Source: Saccostrea echinata
Lineage: Eukaryota
Direction of reading: 5' to 3'
Assembly (NCBI RefSeq): GCF_033153115.1
Contig: NW_026889781.1
Location: forward strand, 5,828,001-5,892,000
DNA length: 64,000 nucleotides
The translations under genes and the position numbers were made by a program. The stretch's first letter is position 1; each line of letters starts with the position of its first letter. This document shows, in pieces, positions 11,501 through 22,545 of the stretch. Below the pieces are notes generated by a model, which saw only the letters and a program-made list of their open reading frames with translations, was not told where the DNA came from and made no database searches.

Positions 11501-14500
11501 ATATATTATCCAGTTTGTCAGTTGGTGGAACCATTTCCATGAGCATGCTACATGATCCATACCCTCCGAGTTTATTGCATGCATTTCCCGCGAAGATTGC
11601 AACTGAGTGAGAAGCATTGATAGTTGTCCCTGACAAATCCGCCTCAAGTCCTACTTGAAATGTTTGATACATATTCAATATAATTGTTATTTCGTCACCA
11701 TTACCATATTTACTGCCATGAAATGAAATCATCGCGTCACGATCTATGACTAAAGTGATACTGATGCGTGTATTGTCTGTTTTGGACGCAATTGTAAAAT
11801 GACTCCCCAAACTAAGATAATGTTCAACTGTTGGTGTTGAGGTTGATATAATGTAATGTGTTGAAAGTTTATCAACAGGAAAAACTGTAGTACTATCTGA
11901 GTTGAAATCTATATCATTCATGGACAATACAAACGTGAGCGATGAGGTGTTGATCAAAATAGCCTTATCTTCAACGGAGGAATAAGACGGAACCATCCAA
12001 TAATGAACATTAATCTTTTTTAATGTGATATTTTCAGATCTTTCGGTAGATATGGAAATCAAATTGGAATTCATATTCTTTGAGAGTGTAACGGTGATAT
12101 TGAAATCATTCTCAGATAACACAAGAATGGTTCTGTTACTTTTCTTTGATTTAACGCTAATTTGGATAAAGCTAACGAGAAAAGAGCGCCCTCTGCTACC
12201 TGCAAAGAAAATCATTTTATGTGATAAATTTCAACAGCGTAGAACATGTAGAATTTTCAAAATACTGCAATAGAAAGTTCGTAAAAGTATACACTGTCAT
12301 ATTATCCTTTACTGATATCAGGTACGCAATATTTATTGTAGATATCGGTGTTTTTGCCGTCTAGTATTCTCATAAACACAAGTTGACGTGAGCTAAGATA
12401 GATGAACACCAATATGTGGCGTACTTCAAATAATTCTTTTAATTTCATGATCAAGTTTCATTTAACGGAACTTCATGGACAACCCTCGTATATTTAGATT
12501 TCTAAAGCTAGTGGATGTATGTGCTCTCGATCACATTATATTCGAAACATCTCACTTTTGAAATGCTTTTATTTTTGTATTGCTTGTCTGTAGAATTGTA
12601 GAAAATTATCATTTAGTTTAATAATTAATTACTTTTAACAGCGACTCATATCTTTAAGATCATTATAAGAAGCACATCAAATGAGCTTCATTGAACACGA
12701 CTAAAGAGAATTAGCAAAAGAATTGAAATTTCATACTTAAAATTGACTGTAAATAATTTGTCATATTGTCGAATGATGATGCTAACTAAACGACACAATG
12801 ATTTCACAAAGTTGATTTTAATTAATTTGTTCTATACAAGCCCTCTATGATAGTGTTTCATTATGTATGGTTTCACTTTTCGAAATCCTTACTAAAATTT
12901 CATTTTTTTTAATTATTGGTAACGTTACAAAATTCACCGTTCCATTTTCTTTGAACTTCCTGTGGATTTCCCTGCAGATCTACCATTTGTTGCTGCGGGA
13001 TATGCTGTTGATCTAAATTTGAAAAAAAAATGAAGAATTAGAATGAAAAACGTTGCAATATTCGATCTTTTCCATTGGCATTATTTGAAGTATTGTATAA
13101 TTTCCATTTGTAATCTATAATTTTCAATTTGTATTGAATAATGTTTTTCATTTTAAAAATTGTTTTAAAATCAGATATCAACACTGGATGGGACTTAGCC
13201 AGTCAACTGAATGGTCACTGACAGGTCTGGAAATGTGACTGAATGGCTGAGTTCTGCCATTCAGTCACTTTTCTGTAATCTTTCAGTCACCTTACAGTTA
13301 AATGATTTGTCGTGTTCAAAATGTGTAAAAGTTTATATATTCATAAGACTAAGAGAAGAATTGGAAATGAATTGACCCTTGCTGTTATACTGTAGTTTCA
13401 GTTTGAAAAAAAAAGGTTTAACATATTAAACTTTTCAAAATCTGTTCGTTATGCATGTTATGTAATGTAAATATATTCGATATCAACTGCAACGTCAACA
13501 TAAAAGAAGCTTCATTGAACACAAAATATATTGGTAAAGAACCGAAATTTCATACATAAAATTGACAGTTAATAATTTGTCTTATTGTCGAATGATGATG
13601 CTTGGACTAGATGACACATTGATTTTGCAAAGTTCATTTTAACTAATGTGTTCTATAAGAGCCCGCTATATGATGATTTATTATACAGTCGAAGTTCTCG
13701 AACACTGATATCTCAAATACCATAGATATGTCGAAGTGATTTAGAAGTCCTAACATCTTATTCTTTATTTTTTTAAACAGGATATTTCGAAGCTATTTCT
13801 CGGTCCTATTAAGTTCGAGATAACGACGTTTTACTGTATATTTTTTATGTTTCGAATTCCTTATTAAAATTCAATTTTTGTTTATACATAACCAAAATTG
13901 GTTACCTCATGATACTCACCGGTCCATTTTCTCTGAACTTCCTGTGGATTTTCCTGCATATCTTCCATTTTTTGCTGTAGGATATGCTGTTGATCTAAAT
14001 TTGAAGATAAGATCGCATTTGAAAAATTAGAATGAAAATACATTATCTGTATGGCATGTCAAACGTTTCAATATTTGATTTTTTTTATTTTGTATTGTAT
14101 AATTTTTCATTTGTATTGTGTAATTTTTATTTGCATTCTATAGTATTTCATTTGTATTTTATAATTTTTCATTTGAATAATTGTGATAATATCAGAATGA
14201 AACTTGGCCAGTCAACAAAAAGTTCAATGAAAGATCTGTAAAAGTGACTGAATGACAGTGTTCGGCAACTCAGCCACTTTTAAGCAATCAGTCAGTCACC
14301 CTTCAGTTAACTGATTTGTATAGCTTTATAATGTGCAAAGTTGATAAATACATAAGACTCATACAAGCATTGGGAATGAATAAACTCTTGCTGTTATACT
14401 GTAGTTTGAAGCAAAAAGACTTAACATATTAAACTTTTCAAAATCTTTTCATCGTGTAATGTAAACAAATTCAGTATGACCCTAACAAAAAAAATCTATA

Positions 14501-17500
14501 GTTAACTATAGTTTGCAATAGTTAACTATAGTTAACTTAAGTAAATCAAAGTGTCAAAGTTATCACTATAGAAAATCTAAGTTTTCAAAGTGATCACTAT
14601 AGTGTCAAAGTGATCACTATAGTAAATCTAAGTTTCCAAAGTGATCACTATAGTGTCATAGTTATCACTAAAGTAAATCAAAGTTTTCACCATAGTAAAT
14701 CAAAGTTTTCATAGTGATCACTACAGTAAATCAAAGTTTTCATAGTGATCACTTTAGTAAATCAAAGTGTCAAAGTTATCACTATAGTAAATAAAAGTGT
14801 CAAAGTTATCACTGTAGTAAATCAAAGTTTTCATGGTGTCAAAGTTATCACTATAGTTAACTATAGTAAACTATAGTTAACTTTAGTATTTCTTTGTTAG
14901 GGGAATTGCAAAATCAACGATATCTTTTAATGATACAGGTATCATCGACGTTTGGAAAAAAAATATCCAAATTTCCTGCATTTGAAGATTTCAATATTCC
15001 GTTTTGGAATTGATTGCCCATATCAAATTACAAGAAATATTCTATATCAGAAAATCAAAAGGTTAAAAGGATTAAAAGGAATAAACTGAATGAACTGTTA
15101 TACATTTATTGACTGAGTTCGAGGGCAACATGCGTTTTGTCGGACCCATGAACCAAACTGTTTGCCTGAGGCCGTTAGGCAATAGTCAATAAATGTTTTG
15201 TTATACCTTTTACTTTTTATTTTGACATAACATAATGAAAATTTTGTTTAACCGCACTGCGGTTTAAACTTGGTCATTTCCGTGAAGTTCTGTCGAACTC
15301 CAACGACTGCAAATAAGATACAGCTGACGCCACCTATACTGTGACGTAGGCGGTCCAACATCTCATCGACAGGTCCAATATCTCGCTCTGGGATCAAGCA
15401 TCGATTTTTTTTATGACTGCTCAATAAAACATTGGAAATGTTAGACTTTTTAAGTATAGAATTATATAGGAATCAATTTTTAAAGGGATAACAATTTAAA
15501 TTGTTTACCTTTTTCTTTTTTAGAATGAAGATAAAACAGTACAGTCAAAATGGTCAATCCAAAAACAAGAGCAATGACGAAAGGAATTAATATTTTTTTC
15601 AGAGTTGTGCCCGGATTATTGGATTTCTTTTTATCCCTGTCCAATTCAAAATTGGGTGTTTCTATTTGCTCTGCCCCACACTTGAAAAAAGTTAAATAAG
15701 CAAAAATTGTAATAAGCGCATAATTCGGAAAAGAGCATTGACTGTTTTAGAATACTGTAGAAAATTGATTAAAAACTAAGGTAAATAACTAACGTGAAAA
15801 AAGAAAAAGAAAAAAATATTACGTTAGAATAAACGTGCATCTCACGTTGCCTTTGAAACTGGTCCTGAAAAGGAATAATTTCCATGAACCATGAATGGCA
15901 AACCTTATGAATCGTTAAATATCGTTAAATATCAAACTCAGTAAAATCTTACAAAATCTTACAATAAGTATATACATATGTAGTTATGCAATTCCATCCC
16001 CAAAACACGAAAACTGCAGAGAAAAACAAAAGTACGTGCAGAAGATCAATTTTTCAATAAATATACAAAGTGCATGTTTTTTCAAGAAACATGAGCATAA
16101 AGGATTATGAAAATCTTATGGGTGTCTCTTATTCGCTGTTACTTTATCCATTTAACCCCCCACACCCCCAAAAAAGCCCACCTAGTATAAGCAACAATTA
16201 GATTTTAATTAAGTAATTATATTGTGGCGAATGCTCGTAACAATATATTTATAAAAATAAACCCGGCAGAACCCAGGTATAGGTTATCTGGCTATTGGAA
16301 TGGCATCCTTTTGAGCCTGGCGCCATAGCCGCTTGGCACCCCTCCCCCCACTTCCCCCCCTCTGTACACTTAAATGTGGTGGGTACAGACCTCTCGTTGT
16401 CCTCGCTAACAGTACTAGTGAGTGCCACACAAGATACAGTACCAACCGGACCCAACCTGACAGAAAGCAATCCAAGTGGGCGAGCTTAATAAACCTTATT
16501 GGCGGAGCTTATTTCTAACTGAAAGTACCCTTTTGAATCAACAAATAATTTCAGTATTCATAAAGGCAGTTGAAATCGATGGTGCACTTCTTTTTCCAGT
16601 AGCAAATTATATATAATATACATGTACATGTATGCATATACATTTAACACCGCATATTCACACTTCTTATTTGATGTATTGTTTTAATACAACAATAATT
16701 TATTTTTTAATATAAAAATAATTTTGTTTTTTTAATACGCAAAGACAGTCCCACCATAGCAACAAGTTTTGCAATTATCTTAAGAGTTGGAAGCATAAAA
16801 TTTATCTAGTATAAAAGGTCATTGAATAGATGATATTGTTGATTTTTTTTTCTTTAACGTTTGTCCATAAATGAGTTGGATGACGAGGACCCAATACGAT
16901 TACCTGTAACTGCAGTCCATTGATAATCCAAATTGTAAAATAATGCCTTGTTAAAAAAATAAAACACAATATACACATATTTACCGGGTCTATATAAATG
17001 TTTTCGCTACTGGAATGAATTGATTCACACACAAAGGGTTCCTGAGATGCCACCTGTTGGATTAGAAGATAACATAACTTATTCAAAAATTGCTGTGAAA
17101 TCACTTATTTTCATGGGGGTAAATTTTCGATGTTTTCGAGGAATGAAGAGAACCACGATTTATTCATGTCCATCACCAAAATGTGAAATTTCGTAAATAA
17201 AATAACCGAGCATTTCCTCAACCTCAAAGTCAAATCCTCTGGAACCAATATTTTTTCTGCCAACCCCGAAAATTCGACCCCACAAAAATATGTGATTTAG
17301 CTGTATTCATTCATCCATTCTGTCTTTATTTCCTCTTTGAAGAGATATCACAACACGTACATTTTACATGTTATATCACGCTATGTTAGGAAAATAAATG
17401 AAAATGACATTAAAAATAAAAAAAAAAGATATTCTCACAAGATCAATAATATCCGGGGAAAATGATTTTTGAATGGAAGCCCTGCTTAAAAAGGTAGAGG

Positions 17501-18216
17501 GTTCGCAGATAGACTTTGCACAACAATAAATGAATTCTTTTTGGACATGTTTGTCTTTCAACGTTAATTTTAAAGGGCACGTTAAATACAAGTCCTAATC
17601 ACACATATGTGTTAATTCTACATGTAATAGAATTTTTGTATTTGTATTTTCGTCCCACTTTCGTCAACGGCTGCGTTGTAAGAATATCAGGACAATCCAC
17701 GATCTTCATGTGTAACGAGACCAGGTATCAGTATATTAAATTAGCAGTGTACAGATGTCTCTTTATAATTTTTAAACTGATCTTGTCAAGCAGATGGAAT
17801 CATTAAATATTTACATTATTAATCTAGTATTAAAGGTCATTTATTAGATAAATGAAATTTATGGTATTTTTTTTCTATTTCTTTTTTTTAAATACCTTCA
17901 TTAATGAATTGGATGGCGAGATACTGCTATATTACCTGTACCAGCAATCCAATGATGATCCACATTATAAAATGATACCTTATTGAAAAATATAACATAA
18001 TATACATATATTTACCATTTCTACATATAAGTTTTCTCTACTGGGATGATTTGATTCAGATACTAGGATTTCCTTACACTCCGCCTGTTGGATTAGAAGA
18101 TAATACAAATCATTTTAAAAAAAATATTCTAAATAATACATTCCTTAATAGAGGAAATTTACGCAATAAAGTATTCTTGGATAACATTTTTTATTGTTAT
18201 AAAATCAGAAAACGAG

Positions 18217-18247
<31 letters not shown>

Positions 18248-20124
18248 ATAAATAACCTGCTACGTACATTTTTTCTAAAGGGCCTTCGTTTCGCTATATC
18301 GACCTTAATTCAAAAGCTACATTTTTACATTATATAGTTAAGTTTTATCATTTTATTGTAGCCTTAAGAATTGTATTTCAAAATAGTTGAATACATGTAG
18401 ATTACATCAGCAGCGATATTTGTCAAGATCTGGGATGAAGTCCATTGTCAATATGGATGTATTATACACATTTAATATTTGATTGAAATATGAACATAAC
18501 GCATAGTATTCAAGCTCAAAGTTTATAAAAACAATACAGATCAGGAGCAGAGCAAACACGGACCTCCAAAAATATCAGAGATGGGATCAGGTGCCATGGA
18601 GGAGTGAGCATCCCCTGCCGACCGGTCAAACCAGCCGTATGCTCCTTGTCATGATCGAGAAATAACGGAAAAATTCGTCGACAATTCAGTGTGTAAATAA
18701 TGACCTAACAATTAGTATGAAAAGCGTCAATCAGCATATGACTTAATGAGAGATTGTATTTGCTGACAAGGTCCTTGTATCGACCATAGAACTTACGAAA
18801 CCTATTACGAACCTATTGATATTCTTGTTTCATCACGCCTAGGTTTCTGATTGGTTGAGATCCAACATCGTAGAAAAATACTACGTTTGACGATCAATAC
18901 TACGATCAATCATAACGTAAGTTGAAGGAAACTACGGATTTAGGTTTTTATTACAATTTTTAAAATAACTAATCTCTACAGTCTTAGTATAATAGGACCC
19001 AAGTTACTGTTGCATTTTAAACATTTTTGTACATCAAAACACGAAACTTCAGATGATTTGTATTTTCGAGAGATAATGACCATCACGGTAGCTCAATCGA
19101 TAAGGCGCGCTCTCCGTGATCGGAAGGTCGTGTGTTCGAATCACGGCCAGGACTGACCTAAGTCGATAAAAAAAAAAAGGTAGCATCTGTTCCTTCGCTA
19201 AACGCTCGGCACTTTGGAGTGAAAGTTGCGGGTCATTCGGATGAGACCTTAAAAACCAAGACTCCGTGTCACAGTAGGCGTAAGCACGATGAAGAACTGT
19301 CAATGGCCCTGAGTGCCGAGTTAAAGGTCTAAATTTGAAGCCTTTCATCGGTATATTCTGACGTCTCTATATGAGTGGAAAATTCTCGAACGGGACGTAA
19401 AACAACATTCAATCAATCAAACAATTGAGAGATAATAAAAAGAAACTGACACGGTACTGTTTATCTATTCTAAGAATGCTCTACCATGGATTTGAGCATG
19501 CGTATTCCAGTAAAAAAAGAATGGCGTAGTTGCTAGCGCTCGAGAGTTTACACAATAAAAAAAATCTTTCTGTACATAAAATGAACATAGCTCCATCTAA
19601 CAAAAATGAAACCCTGAGACTTAATATAAATACCCCTAAAGTATATTTTCGTGCCTTTTTTTTTTCTTTCCGTAAAAAAACGTGTATAGTTTTCTATAAA
19701 CGTAGCTGTTTCTCATTAAAGCTATGCACAGTTCTATGAAAACACACACAAATTGTAGTCTTTTGTGCAAACGGTGTAAAGCATTTTGTATAAATCGAGT
19801 TTCTTGGTTCGCTCAAGGTGGCATAAGTGTGTCGCTCTTTATAAATAGCTTTGTTTGAATATGACATATCATTTATTAATTTTAAAACTGGAAATGAAGA
19901 AATACACGGCTTAGAATATTTTTTTTTTATGTTTTTATATTATGACAAGGTCATTGTAACCACCATAATATTAACGAATGCTGACTTTCAACAATTGGTT
20001 ACAACGTTTAATGTATCCAGTCAGATTAAGATAAGTATATATGCTGAATTCATAAGACTGTTATACAAAAAGCTCATATCTTACATGAGTCAGGTCTCTC
20101 ATTAGGTGTATATGTACTTACCAT
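8361..20124 (-). CDS. Putative type II membrane receptor: Tyr-motif tail, TM, neck repeats, IgGFc-binding N-terminal domain, C-type lectin domain (~718 aa)
   Basis: Exons 20122-20124(ATG), 18016-18084, 16985-17053, 15823-15864, 15509-15680, 13920-13994, 12938-13012, 10937-12199, 10754-10833, 10524-10611, 8361-8581 all have GT-AG ends and matching phases, summing to 2157 nt (719 codons). The 5'-most exons are the least certain. Confidence 0.7.
9337..9640 (-). mobile_element. SINE copy (diverged)
   Basis: Similar to the reverse complement of 19078-19425. Confidence 0.6.
10524..10611 (-). CDS. C-type lectin domain, middle exon
   Basis: KACKDKRASLTEHQNTRIEKVVGLQLREE, phase 0 to 1, canonical splice sites. 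Confidence 0.85.
10754..10833 (-). CDS. C-type lectin domain, first exon
   Basis: (T)CKKGWIHLEYSCYFISPKRVTFEDAL matches the long-form CTLD CxxGW...SCY start; phase 1 to 0. Confidence 0.9.
10937..12199 (-). CDS. IgGFc-binding protein (FCGBP) N-terminal domain exon
   Basis: ~421 codons: SRGRSFLVSF...PVDKLSTHYII...LNMYQTFQV...DLSGTTI...VAIFAGNAC...EMVPP...GDPFMITIPGIHQY...PFGVIIYG...GY. Phase-1 donor GTAATT just before the ORF stop. Confidence 0.9.
12938..13012 (-). CDS. 75-nt neck-repeat exon, copy B
   Basis: (D)QQHIPQQQMVDLQGNPQEVQRKWN, symmetric phase 1. Confidence 0.7.
13686..13836. mobile_element. Mariner-type MITE
   Basis: TA|CAGTCGAA ... TTTTACTG|TA; empty site in paralogous unit near 12865; related copy at ~9800-9972. 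Confidence 0.65.
13920..13994 (-). CDS. 75-nt neck-repeat exon, copy A
   Basis: (D)QQHILQQKMEDMQENPQEVQRKWT, donor GTGAGT; 8 nt differences from copy B. Confidence 0.7.
14480..14902. mobile_element. CCC..GGG MITE with 2-bp TSD and internal ~20-35-bp repeats
   Basis: GA|CCCTAACAAA ... TTTGTTAGGG|GA; absent from the paralogous unit near 13483. Confidence 0.8.
15509..15680 (-). CDS. Transmembrane exon of the lectin receptor
   Basis: CGAEQIETPNFELDRDKKKSNNPGTTLKK-ILIPFVIALVFGLTILTVLFYL-HSKKEK; ttttttcaag acceptor, GTAAAC donor. Confidence 0.8.
15823..15864 (-). CDS. Cytoplasmic micro-exon
   Basis: DQFQRQREMHVYSN, phase 0/0, ttttcag acceptor. Confidence 0.6.
16985..17053 (-). CDS. Cytoplasmic Tyr-motif exon, copy B
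   Basis: VASQEPFVCESIHSSSENIYIDP, phase 0/0. Confidence 0.6.
17092..17305. mobile_element. MITE (diverged)
   Basis: CTGTGAAATCACTTATTTTCATGGGG ... CCCCACAAAAATATGTGATTTAGCTGTA. Confidence 0.5.
18016..18084 (-). CDS. Cytoplasmic Tyr-motif exon, copy A
   Basis: AECKEILVSESNHPSRENLYVEM, phase 0/0; paralogous to 16985-17053 with conserved length and splice sites. Confidence 0.6.
18520..18800. mobile_element. Interspersed repeat, probably a Penelope-like element end
   Basis: CACGGACCTCCAAAA..GGGATCAGGTGCCATGGAGGAGTGAGCATCCCCTG; also at 27714 and 57100. Family assignment is from recall. Confidence 0.55.
19078..19425 (+). mobile_element. tRNA-derived SINE, near full length (molluscan Meta/MESC-like core)
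   Basis: A box TAGCTCAATCG, B box GTTCGAATC, core GCTAAACGCTCGGCA, tail (CAAT)n. Confidence 0.8.
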
Positions 20125-20751
20125 AGTACCGTCCTGTATAAATTCCAAAGCCTGTCAAAATTCAACATTCAACATTTGCAAAAAACTGATATATGACATA
20201 ACTTAAGATAAAATTTTAAATTTGGAACTTAATTCAATAATTAAAAATGATTCTGTTAGTTCTGATATCTCCCTATTCCTGCTTCTAAAGTTCTACATTT
20301 CTTTATAGACGTCTCATCTGTTGTTTTCCATGTTTGAATAAACATTATCCTAAATATAATTATTTCTCGATGATTATAGAACAGCACAAAACTGCTGTCA
20401 ATGAATTCTGCGGTTAAATGTTATCTCTCTCTTTCTCTCTCTATCTTACCTCGTGAAAATAGGAAATTATTTTCTCGAATCACGCTATATCGAGCTAAAT
20501 TTTAAGCAGTTCAGACTCAGATCCTAATCATAAATACTTAAATTTAAATCATGTGATTTCCTTGTTTGTGTCAGCTATTCAAATTTTTCATTGCAATCGT
20601 AAGAGAAACATTTAATTTTCCTTTCAAGTTCAATAATAATTAAGAGAGTGTGAAATGCAATAGAGAGAACAATTCTTGTGCAAGTCATGTCACTTTTAAT
20701 GAAATTTTTGTCAAATGGAGGGTGGAATATAGGCACAGTCTATTTATTTAA

Positions 20752-22490
20752 TAGCGATTCTCTGTAACCACTTAAACTTCTTTGCCACGCATGGTCACCG
20801 ATTTTGATGAAACTTTGCACATTATTACAACTTGACACCAGAAACATATATCAAATAAAATTTCGTTGCTATGTGTCTTGGTTGCCATGGTAACAGCCAG
20901 AAAAGTTGGAAAAATTGAGATTTTCAGCTACTTTGAATTTTTATTAAGCCTTAATAAAGACTAAGAATAACAAACAAACAATTCTCACAAAAACCTGACA
21001 CCTTGTTGCCACTAATGCTATAAAGAAACTATTTAGAATTTATCTCTAAGTAAGTGGTAACCATGGGTACATTTGGAATACATTTTAGATGCTTAAAAAT
21101 GCAGAAAAACGCTCAATATTCACTCATGATAGGTATTAAATGATCAAACTCAATCAACAACCTAAGAAAAAACAATAAAAATATTTGACCTTAAGTAATT
21201 AGGTATTGGCAATATTATTCTAAAAATAACTTTCATGGTTACCATGGTAACACAGTGTTACCATGCTAAATGTGTTGCTAAGATTGGGTAAATGCTACTA
21301 TCTTCAGGAAAAACAATAAATTTTATGACTGGCACATATACATCCTTAGGACCTTGCAACACCGACAACATAAGAAAAAATGGGATTAATTGTTACTTTG
21401 CAGTGTAACCATGGAAACAATGTACCAGTTGTTTAAAGTGATATTTTTTTGCTGCATTAGGAATTTACTTACCTTTTATTCAAGAAACGTATTATTTGAC
21501 TCACCTTGAATAGTACTTATCTGGTAGAACTAAAGTTGAATATCATATATTGATAACGTTTGTTGAAAAATACAACACTGTTGCTATGGTAACCAAGAAG
21601 GGAAAATGTTCGATTTTGTTAATTTTATATCAATATTAAACCCTATTTGCCAGCTTTTTGCATCCAGTTAGAGATTAGGTGGCAGTCAAAATTGAAAGTC
21701 AGGTTAGTTGTTCATAATTATCAATCATAAAAGTTTTGGGAATCTACATACAAGGGTACGTATCCAAGGAAACAGAATATTTTTCAGATTTTTATGCATA
21801 TTTTTTCGGCTTATTTCCATAGCAACGCTCTATTTAAAGAATTGAATTTGAGTTTTTTGAAATGTGAAAATTAGGGTCACATGAACGTCTTTAAAAATTG
21901 ATCATTAGTTATATAAAAATATGCTTTTTAAAAAGATAGGATTAGATTTAAACACTAATAGAGTAAATTTAAAATCCCTTCTTGGTATTAAAACCATGGC
22001 AACCATTGCCAACCTATAAGAAATATCATATTTCTTCCTTGGTATATGTTACAAGGATCTTTTGTCTATTATTTGCTTGCATTTCAACCTATAATTTTTT
22101 TTATTCTTAAGTGTTTGATTTTATAAAATTAAATGAGCAAAATTATTACTTTTGAATACTTTGTTTCCATAGTAAAGTACGTAATAGTTGATTTACCAAA
22201 CATATTTATCATGCATTTAAGACATCAGGCCTACAACTTTCAGAAACAATCATTGCCACTTGTTTGCTTTGCTGCAAACGTTAACTATGGGACTCTGAAC
22301 ATGTTGAAAAATGCCATTTTTCAAACTTTAGGATATGTTGCCATGGTAACCATGACACGTAGCAACCAATTTCTGCCTGATTTGAGTTTATGGTATCAAA
22401 AACTTTTATCATAGAGAGTTTGGAGAAATTCTGAGACTATGCGTGCCACTGCTCCTATATAAAAGTTCAAGTCGTTACAGAGAATGGCTC
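20752..22490. mobile_element. Non-autonomous TIR transposon with TTAA flanks (Kolobok-like)
   Basis: TTAA|TAGCGATTCTCTGTAACCACTTAAACTT ... AAGTTCAAGTCGTTACAGAGAATGGCTC|TTAA. Confidence 0.75.
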
Positions 22491-22545
22491 TTAACTATCT
22501 GGTCTTTCATCTGTGAAAATAATAATAGAAAAAGAAATTTTATAC

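Larger units (their letters stand above)
12680..14920. repeat. Tandem duplication (~820-bp unit), each unit carrying one neck exon
   Basis: AGCTTCATTGAACAC at ~12684 and ~13508 with colinear similarity. Confidence 0.9.

Noticed and set aside
12938-13994. Alternative frame for the 75-nt exons (STAYPTAKNGR..)
   Set aside because: Open and with slightly more synonymous changes, but the TM exon ends in phase 1, which selects the Gln-rich frame
14500-14890. CRISPR-like short repeat array
   Set aside because: No unique spacers or cas genes; internal repeats of a eukaryotic MITE
19078-19155. Functional tRNA gene
   Set aside because: Degenerate cloverleaf continuing into a SINE body
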